From Longimicrobiales bacterium (GTDB lineage Bacteria > Gemmatimonadota > Gemmatimonadetes > Longimicrobiales > Gaopeijiaceae): DNA of 64,000 nt. Position numbers and translations under genes: made by a program. Shown one piece after another: positions 8,349-17,876 of this stretch. The notes under the pieces were generated by a model. It was given only the letters and a program-made list of their open reading frames with translations, ran no database searches and had not been told where the DNA came from. The stretch covers positions 480,001 to 544,000 of the forward strand of contig CBDFIQ010000002.1 in NCBI GenBank assembly GCA_965248195.1. The letters are read 5' to 3'. Each line of letters starts with the position of its first letter. Position 1 is the stretch's first letter.

Positions 8349-10694
8349 ATGCGGCGTTCGGCACTGCCTGCAATCGTCTCGACAGTCGCGCTTCTCTCGG
8401 CTGTGCCCAGCTTGTCGGTGCTTGGCCAACAGGCCGATCGCAACGACGAGAACAGCGCAGTCCCCGAAGTCCTCGCGGCGCCTGTGGTGCTCGAGGCCCA
8501 CGCCTTCACAGGGGACATCGACATCGACCTCGACGGTCGAATCGATGAGGCCGTGTGGGCGACCGCCACTCCGATCACCGACTTCACACAACAAGAGCCG
8601 GTCGAGGGCGACGAGCCGTCGGAACGAACGGAGATCCGTGTCGTGTTCGACGAAGACAACTTGTACATCGGCGCGATCCTTTACGACGACCCCGACGGTG
8701 TGCTGGCGTTTCAGCGTGAGAGGGACGCCTCCTTGGGCACCGACGACCGCTTCATGTGGATCCTGGACACCTTCCTCGACGGGCGCACCGGCTACTTCTT
8801 CGAGATCAACGCTGCCGGGCTCATGGGTGACGGGATCATCAGCGGCGGCGGCGGCGGCCGCGGTGGGTTCGGCGGTGGCGGTGGCGGGTTCGGTGGTGGC
8901 TCGAGCAAGGCGTGGGACGGCATCTGGGAGGTCCGGACGGCCATGCGACCGGACGGCTGGTCGGCGGAGATCCAGATCCCTTTCCGCACGCTGAACTTCG
9001 ACCCCAACCAGAGCGAATGGGGCATCAATTTCCAACGCACCATCCGGCGCAAGAACGAGGAAATCCTCTGGAGGGGGTATCGCCGCAGCGAAGGACTTCG
9101 CAGCCCCGTCTACGCAGGTCGCCTGACGGGCCTTCAGAACATGTCGCAAGGCATCGGGCTCGAGGCACGGCCGTCCACGGTCGCGAACTGGCGGAACGTC
9201 CCGGCTGACCCTGTCCGGACCACGTACCCGACCGATGTCAGCCTCGACGTCAACTACAGTGTGACCTCGAGCCTGCGCGCATCGGTCAGCGCCAACACCG
9301 ACTTCGCCGAGCTCGAAAGTGATCAGCGTCGCGTCAACCTGACTCGCTTCCCGCTGCGCTTTCCCGAGCGCCGCGACTTTTTCCTAGAGGGCTCGGGCGT
9401 CTTTTCGTTCGCACCTCGGAGTGGCCCGTCGCCGTTCTACTCGAGGAACATCGGCATCCGCGATGGCCAGCAGGTTCCCATCAAGTACGGGACGCGTCTG
9501 ACCGGGCAGGTCGATGCCTTCGAAGTCGGGTTCTACCAGATCGGCACGGGAAACCACACGTACCTCGACAGCGACGAGATCGAGGCGACGATCCCGAGTG
9601 AGGATTTTACCGTCGCACGGGTGAAACGTACGTTCCTCGAGCAGTCGGCGATCGGCGCGATCTACACGCGGCGTGACGGATTGCTTGACGACGGCGGCCT
9701 CGACATCGGCGCTCAGCACACGGCCGGCGTCGACCTGGACTTCTCCACGCGCCACTTCCTGGGCAACAAGAACCTCTCGATCGAGGCTTACGTCGCCTGG
9801 AACTCCAATCCCGATCCGATCGAAATCCCGAACCTGGCACTCGGCGACCTCACGTCGCGCGGGGGCCGGGTGAACTTTCCGAACGACATCTGGACAGGGC
9901 ACGTTTCTTACCGGGAGTTCGGAGACACCTACGACCCGTCGCTCGGCTTCGTGACGCGCAACGATTTTCGGCGACTAGAGAATCGCCTGGGGTGGAGCCC
10001 ACGCACGCCCGGGATCTCGTGGCTTCGCCGGCTCGACTTCTCCGGTCAGGTTCGCTTTCAAGAGCAGATGAGCACGGGGATCCTCGAAGAGCGCGAGATC
10101 CAGTTCCGACCGCTCGGCCTGAACTTCGAAAGCGGAGACGACATTGACATCACCGTGACCAACATCAGCGAGTACCTCGACTTCCAGTTCGAGCCCAGTG
10201 ACGGGATCATCGTGGAGCCGGGACGCTACCGTACCTGGGAGTATCGGGTCTTCGGACACACATCGGGACGTCGTCGTGTCTCCCTCTTCGGGGGCGTAAC
10301 TCGAGGCGGTTTCTGGGATGGTGACCGACAGCGAGTCAACGCGCGCATCACCTTCCGGCCCAGGCCGGGGATAAACATCTCGACGAATTTCGAGCGGAAC
10401 GACGTCTCGATGCCCACGGGGGACTTCACCACGGCGGCATACGAACTGGGAGCCGAATGGCATCCCAGCCCGTGGATCAGCTTCACGAACCAGCTGCAGT
10501 ACGACGACCAGAGTGAGCTGCTCGGCCTGTTCTCGAGGGTGCGCTGGATTGTGAAGCCGGGCAACGACGTGTACTTCGTCTACACGCACAACTGGCAGTA
10601 CGAGTACCTCGATCCGCTGGATCCCGACACTCGTGGTCTGCAAAGGTTTTCACGCGGGGCGTCGATCAAGGTGAACTACACATACCGGTTCTAG
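8349..10694 (+). CDS. CBM9-like/DUF5916 outer-membrane protein
   Basis: LDGRIDEAVW, TEIRVVFDEDNLYIG, WSAEIQIPFRTLNF, NTDFAELESD, FPERRDFFLEG; C-terminal Phe; Gly-rich insert near 8841-8900. Confidence 0.85.
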   Translation: MRRSALPAIVSTVALLSAVPSLSVLGQQADRNDENSAVPEVLAAPVVLEAHAFTGDIDIDLDGRIDEAVWATATPITDFTQQEPVEGDEPSERTEIRVVFDEDNLYIGAILYDDPDGVLAFQRERDASLGTDDRFMWILDTFLDGRTGYFFEINAAGLMGDGIISGGGGGRGGFGGGGGGFGGGSSKAWDGIWEVRTAMRPDGWSAEIQIPFRTLNFDPNQSEWGINFQRTIRRKNEEILWRGYRRSEGLRSPVYAGRLTGLQNMSQGIGLEARPSTVANWRNVPADPVRTTYPTDVSLDVNYSVTSSLRASVSANTDFAELESDQRRVNLTRFPLRFPERRDFFLEGSGVFSFAPRSGPSPFYSRNIGIRDGQQVPIKYGTRLTGQVDAFEVGFYQIGTGNHTYLDSDEIEATIPSEDFTVARVKRTFLEQSAIGAIYTRRDGLLDDGGLDIGAQHTAGVDLDFSTRHFLGNKNLSIEAYVAWNSNPDPIEIPNLALGDLTSRGGRVNFPNDIWTGHVSYREFGDTYDPSLGFVTRNDFRRLENRLGWSPRTPGISWLRRLDFSGQVRFQEQMSTGILEEREIQFRPLGLNFESGDDIDITVTNISEYLDFQFEPSDGIIVEPGRYRTWEYRVFGHTSGRRRVSLFGGVTRGGFWDGDRQRVNARITFRPRPGINISTNFERNDVSMPTGDFTTAAYELGAEWHPSPWISFTNQLQYDDQSELLGLFSRVRWIVKPGNDVYFVYTHNWQYEYLDPLDPDTRGLQRFSRGASIKVNYTYRF

Positions 10695-10720
10695 GTCACG
10701 AACTGCATAAGGAACAACGA

Positions 10721-11671
10721 ATGGTATCTCGACGCGACTGGCTCCGAATCACCGCCGGCGCCGGCGCCGCGCTCGGCCTGAATCCCCGAGTCCTGGAGGC
10801 GATACAGAGCCAGGAGATCATCACCCGAGCGATCCCCTCTACCGGAGAGCGGCTCCCGGCGGTCGGCCTGGGCGGCGCCAACACCTTCTCGCGGGTCGCG
10901 CGCCGCGAGGACTTCGACACGGTCGGAGGGGTCCTGCGGGCTCTCCTGGGCGGGGGTGGCAGTGTATTCGATACCGCGGCGGGCTACGGCGCCTCCGAAG
11001 AGGTATCGGGCCGGGTCGCAGAAGAGCTCCGGATCGCCGAGGGGATTTTCTGGGCGACCAAGGTCAACGTGGCCGGCCGGGGCGGCGGACCGGCCGATCC
11101 CGCCGCGGCCCTGGCGCAGATCGAGCGCTCCTTCGAGCGCCTCCGTATTCCCGTGATCGACCTGATCCAGGTACACAACATGGGTGATCCGCCGACGCAG
11201 CTCGGAATTCTGGAAGAGCTCAAGACGACGGGGCGGATTCGCTACCTCGGGATCACGACCACGAACGGAAGGCAATATCCCACGCTCGCGGATGTCATGC
11301 GCAACGAGCCGATCGACTTCATCGGCATCGATTACGCCGTTGACAACCGGATCGCCGAAGACGTGATCCTTCCGCTGGCGCAGGAGCGCCGGATCGGCGT
11401 TATCGTGTACTTGCCGTTCGGACGGAGCCGGATGTGGCGGCGGATCGGCGACCGCCCGCTACCGGATTGGGCGGCCGAGTTCGACGCGCACACCTGGGCG
11501 CAGTTCATGCTCAAGTTCGTCGTCGCCCACCCAGCGGTCACCGTGGCGACCCCGGGCACCAGCGACCCGGAGCACATGGCGGACAACCTCGCCGGCGGGA
11601 GGGGGCGGCTCCCCGACGCGCAGCAACTCACGCGGATGATCGAGCTGGTGGAGAGCCTGCCGAGCGCCTAG
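10721..11671 (+). CDS. aldo/keto reductase with Tat signal
   Basis: SRRDWL twin-arginine leader; VGLG, FDTAAGYG, ATKV, IDLIQVHN, PGTS motifs. Confidence 0.9.
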   Translation: MVSRRDWLRITAGAGAALGLNPRVLEAIQSQEIITRAIPSTGERLPAVGLGGANTFSRVARREDFDTVGGVLRALLGGGGSVFDTAAGYGASEEVSGRVAEELRIAEGIFWATKVNVAGRGGGPADPAAALAQIERSFERLRIPVIDLIQVHNMGDPPTQLGILEELKTTGRIRYLGITTTNGRQYPTLADVMRNEPIDFIGIDYAVDNRIAEDVILPLAQERRIGVIVYLPFGRSRMWRRIGDRPLPDWAAEFDAHTWAQFMLKFVVAHPAVTVATPGTSDPEHMADNLAGGRGRLPDAQQLTRMIELVESLPSA

Positions 11672-11686
11672 TGGCCCACTGTTCCA

Positions 11687-11729
11687 AGAGTAACCCCCGC
11701 AAGGCTTTACGGCCTTCGGGGGTTACTCT
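11687..11729. terminator. long GC-rich hairpin after the AKR gene (terminator-like; probable IIC intron target)
   Basis: AGAGTAACCCCCG-c-AAGGC-tttacg-GCCTT-CGGGGGTTACTCT inverted repeat; no U-tract. Confidence 0.6.
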
Positions 11730-11741
11730 CGGACGAAGGGA

Positions 11742-12016
11742 CAGTGGAAGCGCGGACGGAGCACCTACCGGGAACTGCATGCTCGGGGTCTCCCCGACTG
11801 GCTGACCCGAAAAGGAGCCGGACGCGGCGGACGCTGGTGGTGGGCGGCGGGTCTTGGGGCGATGCATACCGCTCTGCGGGGAATTACTTCGAGCGGCTCG
11901 GAGTGCCCCGGCTTGCTGCACCGACCTCAACTCACTGAACCGCCGGATGCGGACCCGCATGTCCGGTGGTGTGGGAGGGGAGTAACCGGGGAGTCCCGGC
12001 TACCCCCTATCCCGAT
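11742..12016 (+). mobile_element. 5'-truncated class C (IIC) group II intron: maturase C-terminus plus domains V/VI
   Basis: QWKRGRSTYRELHARG...RWWW...HTAL / GNYFERLGVPRLA (frameshift near 11877) resembles the intron-encoded protein X domain; then GAACCGCCGGATGCGGACCCGCATGTCCGGTGGTGTGGGAGGGG...CCCCTATCCCGAT (DV with CGC triad, DVI, AT end). Confidence 0.88.
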
Positions 12017-12091
12017 TTCTCTAGGTTAGACGAAATGAATCGGCCGCGCAGGCGAATTCGCCTGCGGGCGGCATCGCGAGGGGGAAGGCGC

Positions 12092-12955
12092 TCACCGGGG
12101 CGTCAGGAAGACAAGGGTGCCGAGAAGCCCGAGGGTTGCCAAGAGCTTTCGCCAGGAGAAGGGCTCTCCTTCGACGCTTCCCAGTTCCCTTGTCCACACC
12201 AAAATGGTTCCACAGCTCAAGCTCAGGTACTGTACCGGTGCCGAGGAACCGTGATAAACTTCAACCGCCTCCACCTCTCCGACCGTCAGCAGTTCGTCCA
12301 GGGCAATTGGAGACCCGAGGGGAACGCCGTCCAACACGATCCGGGGAACACAGCCATCCCGCAAGCGTACACGCGCAGGCCGTCCGGGTCTTGGTGATAG
12401 CACGCGAGTTCCTGGGATTCCGTAAAACAGGTCGGAGAGCCGCGAGGGGCCACGCGCCTCGATTTCTTCCCGCGTAAAGGAGTGGCCCAGACCGATCTCT
12501 CGACGGTCGAAGAAGCCTTCCCGCTCCAGACGACTCTGCCGGGTGGAAGTCACCACGATGGGGTCAAGCTGGAGTGCAGCAGGAACGAGCTCGACTCGCA
12601 GTTCAACCACACCGTCGGTGGTGAACATGACCGGCTGGGAGACAGAGGCGAAACTCAAGGCACTGATTCGAAGCAGGTAAGCCCCTTGAGGGATACGACC
12701 GGTTACGAACTGTCCGTTCGAACCTGAGCTGCCCTCCCACGTCAGAAGCTCATCACCACCGGCCAGGCCGAAGGTGATCCGGGCGTTCTCGATGGCTCTT
12801 CCGGTTGTCTGATCTCCCACCCGTCCGGTGACGACCACCTGACGGTCAGCCTTTCGCACATCGGACAGATCCTGACCCTGTAGAGGCACAAAGGAAATAG
12901 AAACGAAGAGGAAGAGGAGACTCGTCAGATTGCAGATCCTCATCTGGCACCTCAA
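12092..12955 (-). CDS. carboxypeptidase-regulatory-like domain plus TonB plug domain protein (no beta-barrel)
   Basis: VTGRVGDQTTGRAIENA, LDPIVVT, GFFDRR..GLG..FTREEIE, VLDG, VEAVEVYHG, CGTILVWT. Confidence 0.8.
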   Translation of the reverse strand: MRCQMRICNLTSLLFLFVSISFVPLQGQDLSDVRKADRQVVVTGRVGDQTTGRAIENARITFGLAGGDELLTWEGSSGSNGQFVTGRIPQGAYLLRISALSFASVSQPVMFTTDGVVELRVELVPAALQLDPIVVTSTRQSRLEREGFFDRREIGLGHSFTREEIEARGPSRLSDLFYGIPGTRVLSPRPGRPARVRLRDGCVPRIVLDGVPLGSPIALDELLTVGEVEAVEVYHGSSAPVQYLSLSCGTILVWTRELGSVEGEPFSWRKLLATLGLLGTLVFLTPR

Positions 12956-13133
12956 GCAAATTGCGAGAGGACCATCACCAGCCAGAAAGGGCGGCCATTG
13001 GAGTTGCTAGGACGGCCCGTACAATGTTACACAGAACGAATCGGAAGAGTTCCGACAGGCGGCCCACCCGTTCGCCAGCTTGAACCCGGCAGGCATACCT
13101 GGGCGACAATCACGCTGGCGTCTTTGGCGCATG

Positions 13134-13760
13134 TTACCTAACGATCAAGAAGAATCCCATCGAAATCGACACGGGGGACGATTCGAATCCCACCGCAAAG
13201 CCGACCGGCTCGCTTGTCCGTAGAAGGGCTATGATCACGACATTGCCTGACCAGCCAGAAGCCTCGAGGTCGTCCACGAAGTAAAAACCGCGGTCGGTCA
13301 GACGATCGTCGGTCGGGTCGGCGTATTCTTGGATCACCGTCCTGCGAGCGGCTCCCCCTCCGACGATGACCCCGAAATCGGGGCTGATCGCCCGCATCAC
13401 ACCCAGATTAAGGAAGACCCACTCGTCCCTGGTTCCCACCTCCCGTCGTCTCCGTGGCGGAAACTGCGACTCGACGAGTGCCACCGTGAGATCCCTCTGG
13501 TAGTCCCGATCGTTCCTTCGAGAATAGTGTGTAGCCTTCGCGTCCGCGTAGAGCCCCCAGGGGGTCTCACCAAGGACATGGAAAGCTCCCGCTCCCAGCA
13601 GGGCGTCTGGAACGACGAAGGCCCAGCCCACCCCGGTGCGCATGCTGAACGCGGGCACATCGCCACCGTTGGGCTGGGCACCGGCCGCAGCTGGACCGAC
13701 GAGAATAGGTGCACAGAGAACAAAAGGTGGGAGGACGAATCGAAGTCCACGGCGCCACAT
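13134..13760 (-). CDS. exported hypothetical protein, probable small beta-barrel
   Basis: Signal peptide; alternating hydrophobic strands; lies between similarly oriented exported genes. Confidence 0.6.
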   Translation of the reverse strand: MWRRGLRFVLPPFVLCAPILVGPAAAGAQPNGGDVPAFSMRTGVGWAFVVPDALLGAGAFHVLGETPWGLYADAKATHYSRRNDRDYQRDLTVALVESQFPPRRRREVGTRDEWVFLNLGVMRAISPDFGVIVGGGAARRTVIQEYADPTDDRLTDRGFYFVDDLEASGWSGNVVIIALLRTSEPVGFAVGFESSPVSISMGFFLIVR

Positions 13761-13870
13761 CGTTTTCCTGCCCCTCGTGGCTTAGTCTTGGGGTCGGCTG
13801 TCTTGCGAAGGAACTTGCGCGCTCGGATTACGGGTCAGTGAATCGGTATCCTCGAGATCACTGAAACGGA

Positions 13871-14389
13871 TCACCTGACCGGCCTCAATCCGAATCGGAC
13901 GAGGATGGCCCCCTCTACCGCCCGGCCGTTTTCCAAGCCGGGAATCAGGGCGGCCGCCTCGGGCCCGTTCATGTATCGGATATCCTGAACGTTCTCCTTA
14001 TTTAGCCACCGAAGCTCACCCGCCGGACCCAAGTACATTCCATCCTGAACCACTGCGATCTCTGTACGCATGTTCACGCTGCGAGCGCTGCGAATGCGAA
14101 GCCACAGGGGGCGCAGCATCTGTACGGCTTCGTAAAGGTTTCTGGATGGGATGGTCGCCAATTCCTCTCGGGTAATTACGTCACGATCGGAACTCCTGGT
14201 CGAGCCGGATGTACTCCCGGATGTGCCCGAGGATGCTGCGCACCCCAGAGCCGGCGCGCTCACCAGTAGGAACAGGATGAATGTACCTCTCGCAGGAAAG
14301 CGGGGGCCTCGGGCCGAATTCTCATAACGCCGCGGAAAAGCCACAAGTCCTCCTATTATGAAGTAGAACAACGATCGGATCCTCGGCAA
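13871..14389 (-). CDS. lipoprotein with a stand-alone TonB plug-like domain
   Basis: LGC lipobox; DVITREEL..NLYEAVQMLRPLWL, VVQDG, VQDIRY, GAILV; true start uncertain. Confidence 0.7.
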   Translation of the reverse strand: MPRIRSLFYFIIGGLVAFPRRYENSARGPRFPARGTFILFLLVSAPALGCAASSGTSGSTSGSTRSSDRDVITREELATIPSRNLYEAVQMLRPLWLRIRSARSVNMRTEIAVVQDGMYLGPAGELRWLNKENVQDIRYMNGPEAAALIPGLENGRAVEGAILVRFGLRPVR

Positions 14390-14408
14390 TCACCGGCACG
14401 CGCAAATT

Positions 14409-14639
14409 ATGGTACACGTTCGACGTTGGAAAGAGGGCAGTACCGTGCGCTCGATCTCCGAGCCTGGCCTTCGGCACACGGTAACGCCCACCGGCCATGG
14501 GGAGTTTGCGTCAGGCGAGGCGAATACGAGGGGAACGTTGATCCTGGAGCACAAGTTCTTGACGCCCGGCAGGTATGGTTACCCCTGTGAAGTACATTGG
14601 GCGCTCGGAATGCAAGGCACGATCTTTGTCACGCCTTAG
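14409..14639 (+). pseudogene. plastocyanin/azurin-type cupredoxin, N-terminally truncated or degenerate
   Basis: HTVT ... GRYGYPCEVHWALGMQGTIFV retains H/C/H/M type-1 Cu ligands; no signal peptide. Confidence 0.6.
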
Positions 14640-14785
14640 GCGGGAACGGCCAACTCCAAAGGTACTTGCTAGGACTGCATTCAGGTGCCATGCTTACCCC
14701 GCCCGGCAGCGACATGCCGGAATATTGTTACGTTTTCTTGTTTTGTGGATACGTTTCCCGCGGACCACCGTAAGGAGAGGGGATC

Positions 14786-15436
14786 ATGAAGCAGCGGGCC
14801 GTCAGAACCGTGGCAATCGCGTTGGCTGTTTCCGTATTACCGGCGGCTGGGTTGAGTGCGCAACAACTGTGGGATGCGGGCCTTCCAGGTGAGGATGTGG
14901 GCTTCGTTGCCATTCATTTTGGCGGAATCCTCCCCAATACGACCCTCCCCGACGGGGCTTCATGGGAAAACGGGGGTGCGCTTGGCGTGTCCGTCAACCT
15001 GTGGGTGAATCGTTACCTCGGGTTCCGTTTCGCGGGCTTGACAGGCGTCACCGAGGGCGTACATGGGGACGAATACTCCGCCGCGGCCGCGAATGCTGAT
15101 AGGGTGTATCTTTACAACGCAGAAGTGGCTCTGCGTTATCCGATCATGGGGGATCGGATCGCCCCATTCTTGTCTGGCGGCGTAGGTGGAAAGAGCTACC
15201 GTTGGAATTTCGGTTTGTATAACGGCGGTACGTCGCCAACGGTGACTGTGGCCGGTGGTGTTGACATTCGGCCGGAGGCGTTCGGTGTGTTTGGTTTGTT
15301 GCTGGAGGCAAGGTACTATCGCTCTGATTACCAGTGGCACGGCCTCTCCTGGCTGGGACCGCTTCCAGACTTCGATAGGGTTGCTCCGAGGGTGGAGGAC
15401 TTCGCCGTGACGGCTGGTGTGTCTGTTCACTTCTGA
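14786..15436 (+). CDS. outer-membrane beta-barrel protein
   Basis: RBS, signal peptide, PFLSGGVG, AGGVDI, LEARYY strands and C-terminal Phe. Confidence 0.8.
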   Translation: MKQRAVRTVAIALAVSVLPAAGLSAQQLWDAGLPGEDVGFVAIHFGGILPNTTLPDGASWENGGALGVSVNLWVNRYLGFRFAGLTGVTEGVHGDEYSAAAANADRVYLYNAEVALRYPIMGDRIAPFLSGGVGGKSYRWNFGLYNGGTSPTVTVAGGVDIRPEAFGVFGLLLEARYYRSDYQWHGLSWLGPLPDFDRVAPRVEDFAVTAGVSVHF

Positions 15437-15646
15437 GCGTTTCGGCGTGTTCCTTCGGTTGTATGGAGCCCCCCCGGCTCCGGGACCACTTCTCCTCGTG
15501 GAGCGGGCTGATGGGATTCCAATGGCTTCGGTTCCGAGGGCCGACCGCCGGCACCTGCTTGGATCGGACGAGGGCCCGACATACACGAGGGTCTGAAGCA
15601 TCGCGTGCAGGTTGGGGGACCCGACTTCGCCACGAGGCTCAAAGGG

Positions 15647-15718
15647 TTCTACCGGGTGGCCTTCAGAAAGAAGATCTACGAAAGCCTCGAGGCGCTTCAG
15701 GAAGACCTGGACCGCTAC
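15647..15718 (+). mobile_element. IS481-family transposase fragment
   Basis: Manual translation FYRVAFRKKIYESLEALQEDLDRY matches the IS481 core C-terminal segment. Confidence 0.65.
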
Positions 15719-15885
15719 CCTTCGGCCCGTGGTGAGCGTGTCGAAGATTAAATCCAGGCTCCAGCACTCGTTCGGTTGGCCGAGCGGGTTACCCACCGGC
15801 CGTGATCCCTGGCTCCGGTGCCGTCGACCCTTCCGCCGCACCGCCAGTCCTTCCCCCCGATAGGGTCGCTGAACACGCTTCCGGC
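15719..15885 (-). mobile_element. IS3-family transposase (OrfB) fragment
   Basis: RKRVQRPYRGEGLAVRRKGRR...PNECWSLDLIFDTLTTGRR resembles HKRVYRLYREEGL...PNQRWSMDF..D.L.DGRR. Confidence 0.7.
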
Positions 15886-15981
15886 TTGCCATTGCCACCC
15901 ATATCTTCTGACGGTACGTTGCCTATCTACCGCCGCCTGGAGCCATGCCGACTAGCCCCAAGAAAGCATAAGGAGAACGTT

Positions 15982-17649
15982 ATGCGAACGGGTTTGAGGG
16001 TGAGTTGCTGCCTCCTGCTTGCTTTCAGCGCGCCCTCCTGCAGCACGCAGGGGTCCGCCACGAGCGAGCCACTGACGGGCACCGTGACCTCCGATGCGGA
16101 GGGGCTGATGGAGGGAGTGCTCGTGAGCGCCAAGAGGCTCGGCAGCACGATCACCGTGACCGTGGTGAGCAACGCGCAGGGACGCTATGCCTTTCCAGAG
16201 GGCAGGCTCGAACCCGGAGACTATCGGCTAAGCATCAGGGCCGCTGGCTACGACCTGGTAGACCCTGGTGCCGTCGCGATCAACGGGGGCGAGTCGACTG
16301 CAGTCGACCTTGAGCTCCAGCCTACTCAGGATCTGGCATCGCAGCTGATGAACGCCGAGTGGGTGATGAGCGTGCCCGGAACCTCTGAGGAGAAGGGTCG
16401 GCTCAGCGGCTGTGTGTCGTGTCATTCCTTGACGCCTGCGCTCACGACGACGTATGGCCCGCAGGAGTTCGCAGCGGTGCTCCGGCGCATGAGCGGGTAT
16501 TCCACGGGCTCGGGTCTGCTCCGGCCTACATTGTCGTACGCGAGGCGCATGGATCCTATCGGTACCGAGCCGGTCGACGAAGAGAGCGCTACCTTCGCCC
16601 GCGCCAGCTACCTGGCCTCCATCAACCTGAGCGAGCATCCCGATGGTGACCGGCCCTACGAGCTCCGGACGCTCCCTCGGCCTACGGGAAGGGCGACCCA
16701 GGTCATCATCACGGAGTACGATCTGCCCCGACCGGAGTTCCAGCCCCACGACGCCTCGGTAGACTCGGATGGGATGGTCTGGTTCGCGGACTTCGGGGAC
16801 AACGTAACTGCAAGGCTCGACCCACGAACGGGCGAGATCGAAGAATGGCGGTGGCCGGAGATCAGGCCGGGACATCCCCGAGGAACTCTGGACGTGGCCC
16901 TGGATAGTGAGGGAAACCCGTGGCAAGGCCTACTGAGGCAGGGTGGCATCCTCAAGTTCGACAAACGGACCGAGCAGTTCTCGATGTTCCCGGTCCCTCC
17001 CGAGCACCTAACGCTGGCGACGAACATCGGGCAGATCTCGCATTCCGCTGATGGCAACATGGTGTGGTTCAAGTCCAGTCCGGACCGTAAGGTCCATGGG
17101 CTCGATATCAGCGCTGGTCAGATCACCACGACCCACACCATTCCCCAGGATGTCTTCTATTACGGCATGAACGTAGACTCGAACGACATCCTGTATTTGC
17201 ACGGGATAGGGTCACACACGATCGGCGAGATGAATCTGAAGACTGGCGCATTCGTAGAGTATCCGACTCCCACCACTCCTTCGAGGCCGCGTCGTGGTGA
17301 CTCTGACGCCCGGAAGCGGCCCTGGTTCGCGTTCAACACCCCTCCCGGAGGGGTCGGTATGCTCGATCAGGAGACGAAGCAAATTTCGGAGTGGTGGTTC
17401 GACGTTCCGTACGACGAGCTGTACGACGTTACGGTGGATGAGAGAACCGGTGAGGTGTATGGGGGCGGCATGATGACCGATTACGTCTACCGACTAGATC
17501 CGGAAACTGGTGAGTATGTCAAGTACCTACTGCCCACTGTGAATGTGAACATTCGAAGGATGGACATGGATCAGACCACGACGCCCGTGAGCGTATGGAT
17601 TGGAGAAAACCATACCGCGAAGATCGCCAGGCTGGAGCCGCTCGATTAG
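15982..17649 (+). CDS. carboxypeptidase-regulatory domain + c-type cytochrome + Vgb-like beta-propeller protein
   Basis: AGGAG RBS before ATG 15982; MEGVLVSAK, CVSCH heme motif, ITEYDLP, PHD, VWFADF, RLDPRTGEIEEW repeats. Confidence 0.85.
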   Translation: MRTGLRVSCCLLLAFSAPSCSTQGSATSEPLTGTVTSDAEGLMEGVLVSAKRLGSTITVTVVSNAQGRYAFPEGRLEPGDYRLSIRAAGYDLVDPGAVAINGGESTAVDLELQPTQDLASQLMNAEWVMSVPGTSEEKGRLSGCVSCHSLTPALTTTYGPQEFAAVLRRMSGYSTGSGLLRPTLSYARRMDPIGTEPVDEESATFARASYLASINLSEHPDGDRPYELRTLPRPTGRATQVIITEYDLPRPEFQPHDASVDSDGMVWFADFGDNVTARLDPRTGEIEEWRWPEIRPGHPRGTLDVALDSEGNPWQGLLRQGGILKFDKRTEQFSMFPVPPEHLTLATNIGQISHSADGNMVWFKSSPDRKVHGLDISAGQITTTHTIPQDVFYYGMNVDSNDILYLHGIGSHTIGEMNLKTGAFVEYPTPTTPSRPRRGDSDARKRPWFAFNTPPGGVGMLDQETKQISEWWFDVPYDELYDVTVDERTGEVYGGGMMTDYVYRLDPETGEYVKYLLPTVNVNIRRMDMDQTTTPVSVWIGENHTAKIARLEPLD

Positions 17650-17876
17650 GGTTGGACTCGCGGGTCCGGTCCAGCCAGGCGCTCAAGGCATTCGAGGACC
17701 GAGAGAGTGATCTGATTCAGCGATTGCCAGCGTCACACGCGTTTCTGTTGGAGGGATTTGTCTTCGTCCTCGTCCTATCGACATTCGGCGACGTCACGAG
17801 CCTTCACTGAAGGCAAGCTCGATCTACCGGAAGGCATCGGGGGCGCTCTCCGGGAAAGCCCTCTCGGGAAAGCCCT

